A stretch of 47,773 nucleotides of DNA from an uncultured Bacilli bacterium (GTDB lineage: Bacteria > Bacillota_I > Bacilli_A > RF39 > UBA660): the NCBI GenBank assembly GCA_947628065.1, contig CANQYK010000003.1:1-47773 (forward strand), read 5' to 3'. Shown here piece after piece: positions 28,449 through 37,971 of the stretch. The stretch's first letter is position 1, and every line of letters begins with the position of its first letter. Under the pieces are notes generated by a model. That model saw nothing but the letters and a program-made list of their open reading frames with translations, was not told the origin of the DNA and ran no database searches. A program made the position numbers and the translations under genes.

Positions 28449-28760
28449 TTAATCATTTATGATTGCAATTGCCATTGTATAATCTTTTTCATGGGAGATT
28501 GATAGTTTAATAAAGTCTTTTCCAACACAATAAGGACTTCCATCTTCCTTGTTTAATATTTCAAAATCCAAAAAATGGTAATTTTTGGTATTTGGTAGAG
28601 CCTTCATAATTGCTTCTTTTGCTGCAAATCTTCCACATAAATAAGATAGACCTCTTTTTTTGTATTCTTCTTGTTCCTTTTTTGTTAGTACAAGATCAAG
28701 AAATCGTTTGTCTTTTTTTTCTAATCTTTTGTTTTCTACAATATCACAACCAATGTTCAT
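28449..28760 (-). CDS. acpS: holo-[acyl-carrier-protein] synthase
   Basis: IGCDIVE, GRFAAKEAIMKAL and LSISHE motifs. Confidence 0.92.
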   Translation of the reverse strand: MNIGCDIVENKRLEKKDKRFLDLVLTKKEQEEYKKRGLSYLCGRFAAKEAIMKALPNTKNYHFLDFEILNKEDGSPYCVGKDFIKLSISHEKDYTMAIAIIND

Positions 28761-28902
28761 GACCTCACCTCTTTTTGTATTATATATAAAAATAAGAGGA
28801 ATAACAAGTATTGATAATAGTTTTTATGGACTTATTTTTTTTGATATGATATAGTATAGCTAGTAAAAATAATGTATATAAGTAGTTAGGAGTAAAGAAA
28901 GT

Positions 28903-29853
28903 ATGAAAACAAAGAAAAAAATAAGTGTTACTGTACCTTGTTGGTCAGAAGAAAAAAGTATTTTACAAATGTATGAGAGACTTACCAAAATATTTAAGAA
29001 TAAATTATCAAAATATGATTATGAAATTATATTTGTTGATGATTGTTCACCCGATAATACATGGATAGAAATAGAAAAATTATGTAAGAAAGATAAACAT
29101 GTCAAAGGAATTAAAAATGCTCGAAATTTTGGATTTACTAGAAATGTTTTTGCATCCTTATTATATGGTGATGGGGATGCTACCTTTATGATATTTGGAG
29201 ATTTACAAGATTCACCAGAATTATTAGAGCAAATGGTTGCAGAATGGGAACAAGGTTATAAGGTTATTGTTGGACAAAAAAAGGGAAGTGCAGAATCTAA
29301 ATTTATTTATGCATTAAGGACACTGTATTATAAGTTAATGAAAAAATTATCTGATACTGCTCAAATTCAACATTTCAATGGCTTTGGTTTATATGATAGA
29401 AAATTTATTGAAGTTATGCGTCAGATTGATGATCCATCTCCATTTTTAAAAGGGATAGTATCTGAATTTGCAATGGATTTAAAAATAATTCCATATGAAC
29501 AAGCAAAAAGTCTTCGAGGAAAATCAGGTTCTAATTTTTTAAAAACATATGATATTGCTATGTTGGGAATTACATCTTATACAAAAATATTGATGCGTGT
29601 AGCTACCTTTTTTAGTGCAATTCTTGGTTTTTTTAGTATTTGTTTAGCTATTTTTGTATTTATTAGTAAGTTATTAAATTGGAAATTATATTCTTATGGT
29701 ACAGCAGCTATTTTAATTGGAATTTTTTTCCTTGGTGCCATTCAATTGTTTTTTCTTGGTGTTCTTGGAGAATACATTTTAAGTATTAATACGAGATCAA
29801 TGAAAAGACCTTTGGTAGTGGTAGGAGAAAAAATTGGATTTGAAAAAGAATAA
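28903..29853 (+). CDS. GT2 polyprenyl-phosphate glycosyltransferase (GtrB-like)
   Basis: VDDCSPD, RNFG and DLQD motifs; two C-terminal TM helices. Confidence 0.88.
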   Translation: MKTKKKISVTVPCWSEEKSILQMYERLTKIFKNKLSKYDYEIIFVDDCSPDNTWIEIEKLCKKDKHVKGIKNARNFGFTRNVFASLLYGDGDATFMIFGDLQDSPELLEQMVAEWEQGYKVIVGQKKGSAESKFIYALRTLYYKLMKKLSDTAQIQHFNGFGLYDRKFIEVMRQIDDPSPFLKGIVSEFAMDLKIIPYEQAKSLRGKSGSNFLKTYDIAMLGITSYTKILMRVATFFSAILGFFSICLAIFVFISKLLNWKLYSYGTAAILIGIFFLGAIQLFFLGVLGEYILSINTRSMKRPLVVVGEKIGFEKE

Positions 29854-29953
29854 GATTAACCTCTTATTTTTTTGTCTGTAAAATAGAAAATAATTGTATA
29901 AATATTGAAAGTATGTTATCCTATATGTAGTCAAAAAAGAAGGAGTGAGTATT

Positions 29954-30061
29954 GTGAAATATAAGAAAAATTTACTAATTGCTAACTGGGGGGGGGGCAA
30001 TTTTTACAACTTAAGAAAAGAAAAAATCATCATTTCTTATAAGGAAAACGAAAGATATTAA
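29954..30061 (+). CDS. 35-aa leader ORF containing a G10 tract (29988-29997)
   Basis: RBS AAGGAG, GTG start, homopolymer G10 in an otherwise very AT-rich spacer. Confidence 0.4.
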   Translation: MKYKKNLLIANWGGGNFYNLRKEKIIISYKENERY

Positions 30062-30096
30062 TTTTAAAATAAGATAATAAAGAAATGGTGGTATAA

Positions 30097-31470
30097 ATGA
30101 ATAGTACGTTATTAAAACTAGCTGAGAGTTGGACAATTAAGAATAGTTCTGTATCAAAGTTAGATGATATTTTAGAATTTATTAAAGAACGAAATGAGAC
30201 AACAGAAGTAGAAATCAAAAAAATTAATCTTGCTGATTGTGATCCATGGTTTTACGATGAAGTAGATGGGTCTATTCATAATGAAGATAAAAGTTTTTTC
30301 TCCATTGTAGGTTGCAAACAAGATACAAAAGAACAACCTATTATTTTACAAAAAGAAATAGGATATTTGGGAATTATTTGTCGTGAAATTGATGGAGTTA
30401 TTCACTTTTTAATGCAAGCTAAAATAGAACCTGGAAATGTTAATTGTGTGCAAATATCTCCTACAATTCAAGCTACAAAAAGTAATTTTAGTAGAAAGCA
30501 TGGTGGTAAGGAACCTCCATATTTGGAATATTTTGTAAATGCTGATAAGTATGAAATTATAGTGGATCAAATACAATCAGAACAATCTTCACGATTTTAT
30601 CAAAAACGAAATCGAAATATGATTCTTCTTTTTCATGAAGATGTTCCTATTCTTCCAAATTTTATGTGGATGACATTAGGTCAAATAAAAGAATTAATGA
30701 AGGAAGATAATTTAGTTAATATGGATACAAGAACTGTATTATCCTGTATTCCTTTTTCTAAACTTAGAGCAACTGAGAATGAGTTAAGAAAATTGGAAAA
30801 GAAATTTACCAATAAGGCTTTGTTTCGTTCTTTATTTTATGGGGATGAAAAAAATCAATTTCCATCTATTTATTATTATATAAATAATCAAAAAATGTAT
30901 TATAAAAAAACAACAGAATTAGTTCCATTAAAGGAACTAGAACATTGGCAATTTAAAGAAAATGAATTTGTTTGTTTAAAACCTTATCCTTTTAAAGTTA
31001 TTTTTTGTGATATTGATATTGAAGGCCGTGAAGTAAAACATTGGAGACAACCTTTAATGGAAGCAAATGGAATTGCTACTTTTGGTTTGCTCTGTTGTGT
31101 AAAAGATGGTATTTTAAAATTTGTAGTAAAAGCAACAAAAGAAATGGGTTGTTTTGACAAAATAGAATTAGGACCAACAATACAAGATGAAACGATTTTA
31201 GAAAAGAAAACAGATATGATTCGTAAATTTTTTTATGAACAATTAGAAAATAAGGATCAAGTTCTTTTTGATCATTTATTATCCGAAGAAGGTGGAAGAT
31301 TTTACCATGAACAAAATCGAAATATTTTATTAATGGTTGCTTATGAAAAATTACCACCGTTACCAGGAAACTACTTTTTAGTGGATTTTAGAACATTGAA
31401 TGAAATGGTTCAAATCAATAATACTTTAAATATACAATTAAGAAATTTATTATCTTTATGGGAAGCATAG
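30097..31470 (+). CDS. NDP-hexose 2,3-dehydratase
   Basis: QPII.Q.EIG.LG, LMQAKIEPGN, QISPTIQATKSN, QSEQ, ELGPTIQ and SEEGGRFYHEQNRN motifs; duplicated Nudix-like domain. Confidence 0.92.
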   Translation: MNSTLLKLAESWTIKNSSVSKLDDILEFIKERNETTEVEIKKINLADCDPWFYDEVDGSIHNEDKSFFSIVGCKQDTKEQPIILQKEIGYLGIICREIDGVIHFLMQAKIEPGNVNCVQISPTIQATKSNFSRKHGGKEPPYLEYFVNADKYEIIVDQIQSEQSSRFYQKRNRNMILLFHEDVPILPNFMWMTLGQIKELMKEDNLVNMDTRTVLSCIPFSKLRATENELRKLEKKFTNKALFRSLFYGDEKNQFPSIYYYINNQKMYYKKTTELVPLKELEHWQFKENEFVCLKPYPFKVIFCDIDIEGREVKHWRQPLMEANGIATFGLLCCVKDGILKFVVKATKEMGCFDKIELGPTIQDETILEKKTDMIRKFFYEQLENKDQVLFDHLLSEEGGRFYHEQNRNILLMVAYEKLPPLPGNYFLVDFRTLNEMVQINNTLNIQLRNLLSLWEA

Positions 31471-31488
31471 AAAGAAAGGAAGGAAATT

Positions 31489-32445
31489 ATGAAGATAGGG
31501 ATTTTAGGAACATCTGACATTGCATTTCGTCGATTTTTACCAGCTTTGGAAAAAATAGAAGGTGTGAGCTATGTTGGTGTTGCGACTAGAACATTGGAAA
31601 AAGGAAAAAAATTTCAAGAAACATATGGTGGGAATATTTATGATGGGTATCAAAAGTTATTAGAAGATGATAGTATTGATGCAGTTTATGTACCACTTCC
31701 TCCTGCCCTTCATTATGAATGGGGAAAAAAGGTATTAGAGGCAAAAAAACATTTGTTTATGGAAAAACCTTTTGCAATGAGTGTAGAAGAAACAGAAGAA
31801 TTGATTAATTTAGCGAAAGAGAACAATTTGGCGATTCATGAGAATTATATGTTTGTATTTCATAATCAATTAGAAGAAATAAAAAAGATAATTACTGATG
31901 GAACACTTGGTAATATAAGACTTTACCGAATTGCTTTTGGTTTTCCAAAGAGACAAGAGGGAGATTTCCGATATAACAAAGAGTTAGGTGGAGGATCTTT
32001 ATTTGATTGTGGTGGTTATACATTAAAACTTGCTAATATATTATTAGGCGGAAATAGTAGGGTTAAAACAGCAATCTTAAATTATGAAGATCCATATGAA
32101 GTTGATTTATATGGAAGTGCTACCTTAGTAAATGATAAGGGAGTAACAGCACAAGTATCTTTTGGTATGGATAATAGTTATAAGTGTGAATTAGAAATTT
32201 GGGGAAGTAAAGGTTGTTTTCGAACCAATCGTATTTTAACGGCACCAGCTGGTTACGAACCCACAGGAGAACTTGTTACGCAAAATGATACAAAAGAAAT
32301 TAAACTTTCAAGTGATGATACTTTTTACAAATCGCAACTTAAATTTTTAGAATGTATAAAGAGTAAAGAGGTTCGTGAAGAAGTTTATGAAGAAATAGAA
32401 AAGCAAGCACAACTTGTTAAAAAAGTAAATGAGGTAAGAAAATGA
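31489..32445 (+). CDS. Gfo/Idh/MocA oxidoreductase, probable NDP-hexose 3-ketoreductase
   Basis: DIA.RR.LPA, AVYVPLPPALH, EKP, ENYMF and LGGGSL.D motifs; adjacent to the 2,3-dehydratase. Confidence 0.85.
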   Translation: MKIGILGTSDIAFRRFLPALEKIEGVSYVGVATRTLEKGKKFQETYGGNIYDGYQKLLEDDSIDAVYVPLPPALHYEWGKKVLEAKKHLFMEKPFAMSVEETEELINLAKENNLAIHENYMFVFHNQLEEIKKIITDGTLGNIRLYRIAFGFPKRQEGDFRYNKELGGGSLFDCGGYTLKLANILLGGNSRVKTAILNYEDPYEVDLYGSATLVNDKGVTAQVSFGMDNSYKCELEIWGSKGCFRTNRILTAPAGYEPTGELVTQNDTKEIKLSSDDTFYKSQLKFLECIKSKEVREEVYEEIEKQAQLVKKVNEVRK

Positions 32446-33344
32446 AAAAAATAGTTATTGCTGGAGTAACGGGTTTTATTGGTTCTTCTTTATGTAATAA
32501 ATTTTTAGAAATGGGATATCAAGTAATTGGTATTGGTCGAAGCGATGATACATTGGGTAGAGTGCATCAAAATAGTAATTATATTTTTATGAAGCAAGAT
32601 CAAATTGATTATAATCTTTTAAAAGATGCAGATATTTTTTATCAACTTGCTTGGAATATGGGATTATACAATACAAAAGATAATATTTTAGCATGTGATA
32701 CAGAGTTAGAAAATGTTAAATTATCATATGGAATAATGGATATTGCTATAAAAGCAAATGCTAAAAAATTTGTATTTATTGGTAGTATTTCTCAAGAAAT
32801 GTATTATTTTGATGAAAATAGGGAACTAACCAATGTAAAGGGACGTATTTATGGATTAGGAAAAGAGTTTGCTAGTAATTTATGTCAAAAATTAGCGTAT
32901 GATGCCAATATAGAATATAACCTAGCTATTCTTGCAAATACTTATGGACCTAACGATTACAATAATAAAGCCGTTAGTCAATTTATTAATAAAATGGTTC
33001 AAAATGAAGATTTAAATTTAATATCAGAAAAAGATTTAGCCGATTGGGTTTATATAGATGATACGGTAGAAGGATTGATTTATATTGGTGAAAAAGGAAT
33101 CAATATGAAATCTTATTATCTTGGACATCGTGAAATTAAAACATTTGGTGAATATATGAGAGCTTTAAAAGAAACCCTTCATTCAACATCAAAATTAAAT
33201 TTTGATGTTTATGAAGAAAAATTAGGATATGATTATTCGAAAGTAGATTTGGAAGCCTTGTATCAAGATACTGGTTTTTCTTGTCATGCTGATTTTGATG
33301 AAAGTATTTTAAAAACAGAAAAGTGGTTAAGAAAGAAGAGGTAA
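32442..33344 (+). CDS. NAD-dependent epimerase/reductase (extended SDR)
   Basis: GVTGFIG and YGLGK (YxxxK) motifs. Confidence 0.85.
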   Translation: MKKIVIAGVTGFIGSSLCNKFLEMGYQVIGIGRSDDTLGRVHQNSNYIFMKQDQIDYNLLKDADIFYQLAWNMGLYNTKDNILACDTELENVKLSYGIMDIAIKANAKKFVFIGSISQEMYYFDENRELTNVKGRIYGLGKEFASNLCQKLAYDANIEYNLAILANTYGPNDYNNKAVSQFINKMVQNEDLNLISEKDLADWVYIDDTVEGLIYIGEKGINMKSYYLGHREIKTFGEYMRALKETLHSTSKLNFDVYEEKLGYDYSKVDLEALYQDTGFSCHADFDESILKTEKWLRKKR

Positions 33345-33346
33345 TT

Positions 33347-34519
33347 ATGGGTGAAATAATAGTAGTAGGTTCTGGTTTTTCAGGAAGTATTTTAGCAAGA
33401 AAAATAGCAGAAGAATTAGATAGAAGTGTAACAGTGGTAGAAAAGCGTTCTCATATTGGTGGGAATATGTATGATTATTATGATGAAAATGGTATTTTAA
33501 TTCAAAAATATGGACCACATTTTTTAAATACCAATAAGTATTTTATTATTGAATTTTTAGAAAAATATGCGAAACTTTATCCACATCAGACAAAATTACT
33601 TAGTTTTGTTGATAACAAATATGTTCGTCTTCCTTTTAATTTTGAGACTGTACAACAATTAGTAGGACCAAAAAAAGCGGAAGGCTTACTTGCTAAAATG
33701 AGAGAGGAATATGCTTCGCGTGACCGTGTTCCTATTATGGAACTTCTAAATAGCAAGAATGAAGATGTTAGGGAATATGGAAAATTATTATTTGATAAAT
33801 GCTATAAAACTTATGTAGCAAAACAATGGGGAAAAACACCGGAAGAAGTTGATAGTAGTGTTATGGATCGTGTTCCAATGGCAATGAATTATGATGAGCG
33901 ATATTTGAATAAAGATTTTCAATATTTACCAAAAGAAGGATTTACAAAATTATTTGAAAATATGTTAAATCATCCTAATATTAAAGTAGAGCTTAATACG
34001 GATGCTTTGGATTATATTGCATTTGATGATGAGAAGAAAATCATCACTTATGATGGAAAAGATGTTGATCTTTTAGTTTTTACAGGAGCGATTGATGAAT
34101 TGTTTCAATTAAAATATGGTAGGCTACCTTATCGTTCTTTGGATATTCGATATACTTATGAAAAGAAAAAAAGTATTTTACCAAGTGAGATTGTATCTTA
34201 TCCACAAGCAAAAGGTTACACGAGAAGTACAGAGTATAAAAAATTAACGTATGGAATTGATCAAGACATTAATATTTCTATGATAGCAACAGAATATCCT
34301 TTAGAATATAACCCAGAAAATGAAGTAGGAAATACACCGTATTATCCAACCGTAACAGAAGAAAACTTTAAATTATATGAAAAATATAAAAAGGAAGCAG
34401 AAGAATATGGCAATATTATTTTGTGTGGCAGATTAGCAGAATATAGATATTATAATATGGATATTTGTATTGAACATGCATTAGAAAAATTTGAGACAGT
34501 AAAAGAAATATTAACATAA
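33347..34519 (+). CDS. glf: UDP-galactopyranose mutase family protein, paralogue 1
   Basis: VGSGFSG, HIGGN.YD, YGPH, LPYRSL, PYYP and GRLAEYRYYNMD motifs; start at ATG 33347. Confidence 0.88.
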   Translation: MGEIIVVGSGFSGSILARKIAEELDRSVTVVEKRSHIGGNMYDYYDENGILIQKYGPHFLNTNKYFIIEFLEKYAKLYPHQTKLLSFVDNKYVRLPFNFETVQQLVGPKKAEGLLAKMREEYASRDRVPIMELLNSKNEDVREYGKLLFDKCYKTYVAKQWGKTPEEVDSSVMDRVPMAMNYDERYLNKDFQYLPKEGFTKLFENMLNHPNIKVELNTDALDYIAFDDEKKIITYDGKDVDLLVFTGAIDELFQLKYGRLPYRSLDIRYTYEKKKSILPSEIVSYPQAKGYTRSTEYKKLTYGIDQDINISMIATEYPLEYNPENEVGNTPYYPTVTEENFKLYEKYKKEAEEYGNIILCGRLAEYRYYNMDICIEHALEKFETVKEILT

Positions 34520-34531
34520 TAGGAGGTTCCA

Positions 34532-37330
34532 ATGAAGAAAAAAGAAAAATTTAAAAACTTTATGAAAAGTGATTTTTTTAAGAGCATACTCATTTATACA
34601 GCTATATTTGCAATAGCAATGTTTGTTTTAATTTCTATTTTTACAAAATATGGAAAAGAGTTTTTAGAATATAATGATGGAGTAAATGCTCATCTTGTTT
34701 ATTTACGATATTATAGAGATTTACTTATCAATTTTATTCGTACAGGTAATTTTTCTCTTTTTACATGGAGACTTGGAAATGGAATTGATTTGTTTAGTAA
34801 TTATGCTTTTTTTATCATTGGTGATGTTTTTTCGTATTTATCTATTCTTGTTCGAACTAGAAATGTAGAATTTTTATATAATATTTTAATTATATTAAGA
34901 GTATATTGTGTTGGCTTATCATTTTTATGTTATACAAAGCATCGAAAGATAAATTGTATTTCTTCTGTAATAGGAGCTATTTTATATACATTTTCCTCTT
35001 TTGTTTTATGTTCTTGTATGTCTCAACCTTATTATATTAATGCGGCTATTATGTTTCCTTTGTTATTAATAGGAATAGAAAAAATAATCAAAGAAGAAAA
35101 AGTAATTTTTTATACTATTATGGTTGCTTTCATGTTTCTTTCTAATTTTTATTTTGCTTATACATTTTCTATTATTCTTGCTATTTATGGGTGTTTACTT
35201 TCTTTTTATACTTATAAAAAAAATGGTGTAAAAAAGATATTGAAAGTATTATTTAAAACTTTATTTTATAGTATATTAGGTATTTTAATATCTTCTATTA
35301 TATTGTTACCAGTTCTCTTTTCTTATTCTTCATCAGATAGAGTTAAATTTTCTAGTTTTTTGATATATCCTTTTTCTTATTATAGAAATTTTATTAGTAG
35401 TATTTTTACCTTTGGTAGTCCTGGATTTTGGACTTTGATAGGTATTCAATCATTAATTCTTATAACAATTCCACTATTTCTATTACGAAATAGAAAAGAT
35501 AATAAACCATTGTTTTTCTTATTTTTGTTTTTACTTTTAACTCTTTTAGTTCCTAGTATTGGATCTGTTTTTGTTGGATTTAATTTTCCAAATAATAGAT
35601 GGTCTTTTGTTATAACTTTTCTTTTATCATTTTTCTCGTCATTAGTAATAAATAGTAATTATAAAATGACAAAAAAAGAACTTTTGTTTATATTAATTGG
35701 TTTTATAGTATTTTTTGCTAGTAATATCTTTTTTGAAATTACTATTAGTACATTTACACAGATACAACTTTTGTTAGCTCTATTATGGTTATTTGTTTTT
35801 TACTTTAAAGATTCCATTGAAAAACTTTATACAAGTCATAAGTTATATAATGCAATTATGCTTTTAATTTTAACAATTAGTACTTGTTTTTCTATAAAAT
35901 ATACTTATGATATTGAAGGAAGAAATCTAATTGAGGCTTATAAGGAAAATGGTGAATTTAGTGAAATTTTAAACACTTCTTATCATTCTATACCAGATTA
36001 TCAACAAGCTTTAAATAAAATAAAGCAGATGGATACAGGTTTTTTTCAAATTGCTAAAAAACCTTGTATTTTTGAAAATATGTCACAATTAAAAAAGTAT
36101 AATTCAATTGGTCAATTTAATTCCATTCTTTTCAATGAGTATTCACAATTAAATAGTGATTTAGATAATATTCAATTTGATGTTATTAGAGGAAGTAAGG
36201 AATTTGATTATCGTACAAAAATAATGTCTTTATTAGGTGTAAAATATTTAATAAATTATGAATATAATAATATTCCTTATGGTTATGAGAAAGTAAAAGA
36301 ATATCATGGTGAATCAAATATATACAAAAATAAGTATTATTTACCATTTGGTATATTTTATGATGATTATATTACTTTAGATGAATATAATAATTTATCG
36401 TCACTAGAAAAGGAAACAAGTTTATTAAAAACAGTAGCGCTTGAAAAGAAAGATATATCGAATAATATAAATCATTATGAAATTGATTTCAAAAAAAATA
36501 TAAAGAGTATTCCTTATAAAGTAATTGATAATAAAAATATTATGAAAAAAGGTAGTATAAATATAACAACTAATGTAGATAATTCATTTGAACTAGAAAT
36601 AGATAATATTGAAAAAAAAGAATTATATATTTCTTTTGAAAATTTAGTGTATCATCCATTTTCAAAAGAGGAGCTTATAAAGATACAAACAGAAAAAAAA
36701 ATAGAAGAACTTGAAGAAAAAGAATTTACGAAGTTAGATTATGCAAAAATAGTTAAAAATAATAAATGGTATCAGAAAAATGATAAATTTATTTTTTCGG
36801 TTCAATTAGGAAATATAAAAAAAGAAAGAAAAATGGTAGAATCAACAAATGCATATTATATGAATGTAACGGATTTTTTGTATAATTTAGGATACTATAA
36901 TAAAAAATCAGGAAAAATAAAAGTTACTTTTAATAATATAGGAACTTATACTTTTGATAATATTAAAATATATGCAGTTTCTATGGACGATTATGAAAAA
37001 GATATAACCAAGTTAAGAAAATCAAATTTTGAGGTTATGAATTATGATAATGGTTATTTAAAAGGACAAGTGAATACAGCAAAAGAAGGAATTTTACAAT
37101 TTCAAACTATGTATAATAAAGGTTGGAAAGTATATGTTGATGGAAAGAAAGCAGAAGTATTTAAATGCAACAAATATTTTTTGGGAATACGAGTTCCGAA
37201 AGGAAAACATAAAATTTATATGAAATATCATATTCCATATTTAAAAGAGGGATTTATAATAACTACTATAAGTTTTATAATTTTTATTGTTATTATATTA
37301 AAAAAGAAAAAAATAAAAGTACACTCATAG
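34532..37330 (+). CDS. YfhO family GT-C membrane glycosyltransferase
   Basis: Many TM segments, NNRW.F motif, LLGVKY and C-terminal Y.KGWKVYVDG...PKGKH.I..Y.P pattern. Confidence 0.85.
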   Translation: MKKKEKFKNFMKSDFFKSILIYTAIFAIAMFVLISIFTKYGKEFLEYNDGVNAHLVYLRYYRDLLINFIRTGNFSLFTWRLGNGIDLFSNYAFFIIGDVFSYLSILVRTRNVEFLYNILIILRVYCVGLSFLCYTKHRKINCISSVIGAILYTFSSFVLCSCMSQPYYINAAIMFPLLLIGIEKIIKEEKVIFYTIMVAFMFLSNFYFAYTFSIILAIYGCLLSFYTYKKNGVKKILKVLFKTLFYSILGILISSIILLPVLFSYSSSDRVKFSSFLIYPFSYYRNFISSIFTFGSPGFWTLIGIQSLILITIPLFLLRNRKDNKPLFFLFLFLLLTLLVPSIGSVFVGFNFPNNRWSFVITFLLSFFSSLVINSNYKMTKKELLFILIGFIVFFASNIFFEITISTFTQIQLLLALLWLFVFYFKDSIEKLYTSHKLYNAIMLLILTISTCFSIKYTYDIEGRNLIEAYKENGEFSEILNTSYHSIPDYQQALNKIKQMDTGFFQIAKKPCIFENMSQLKKYNSIGQFNSILFNEYSQLNSDLDNIQFDVIRGSKEFDYRTKIMSLLGVKYLINYEYNNIPYGYEKVKEYHGESNIYKNKYYLPFGIFYDDYITLDEYNNLSSLEKETSLLKTVALEKKDISNNINHYEIDFKKNIKSIPYKVIDNKNIMKKGSINITTNVDNSFELEIDNIEKKELYISFENLVYHPFSKEELIKIQTEKKIEELEEKEFTKLDYAKIVKNNKWYQKNDKFIFSVQLGNIKKERKMVESTNAYYMNVTDFLYNLGYYNKKSGKIKVTFNNIGTYTFDNIKIYAVSMDDYEKDITKLRKSNFEVMNYDNGYLKGQVNTAKEGILQFQTMYNKGWKVYVDGKKAEVFKCNKYFLGIRVPKGKHKIYMKYHIPYLKEGFIITTISFIIFIVIILKKKKIKVHS

Positions 37331-37435
37331 AAGTGTATTTTTATTATAGTAAATTTGTGCTTTCAGAACGTAAATTCTTTCAAAATTAAGAGATAATTTA
37401 TTATCCTTGTAGTATAATAGTAACTCCGGAGAAGG

Positions 37436-37742
37436 ATGAGAAAGAGAAGTCATACACAGTGCAGTATAGAGTACTATAATGTACAGACAACAAAGTATAG
37501 ATATAAGGTTCTAACAGGAAGAATATAAAAAGTTAAGAAAAAGATATTGGGATCAACTTTTATGAAAGTCTAGGTTATTTTTTTAAAAGTGTGGGAAATG
37601 TAACGAAAGAAATTATTAAAGATTATATTAATAATCAAACAGAAAAAGAGGACGACATATTCAAAATAACGAGATGACTTCAGTCATCTGTTTAGACTTT
37701 CAGTCCAAAAGTAAGCCCTGCAATTTCAGTGCAGGGTGGTTG
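37436..37742 (+). mobile_element. degenerate, internally deleted IS200/IS605-family tnpA element
   Basis: N-terminal SHT...TKYRYKVLTG and C-terminal GNVTKEIIKDYINNQ remnants; HUH core missing; right-end hairpins GACTTCAGTC and CCCTGCA-atttcag-TGCAGGG-TGGTTGA. Confidence 0.8.
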
Positions 37743-37971
37743 AGAAAGTTGGTATAACAACAAAAAATACACAGAACCTTAAGATATGTAACATCAAATC
37801 AAAAATATGATGAGTACATTAAAAGCTTAGCACTAGTTTTTAATGTTATGCTAAGAAAATTTTTGGAAATAGGTAGAAAGAAATAAATATCTTTCAAAAA
37901 ATGTGTCAAAAACTCGACATAAATCCACCTTGTGAATATATATAATATGATTAATATGATATTTGTATAAG

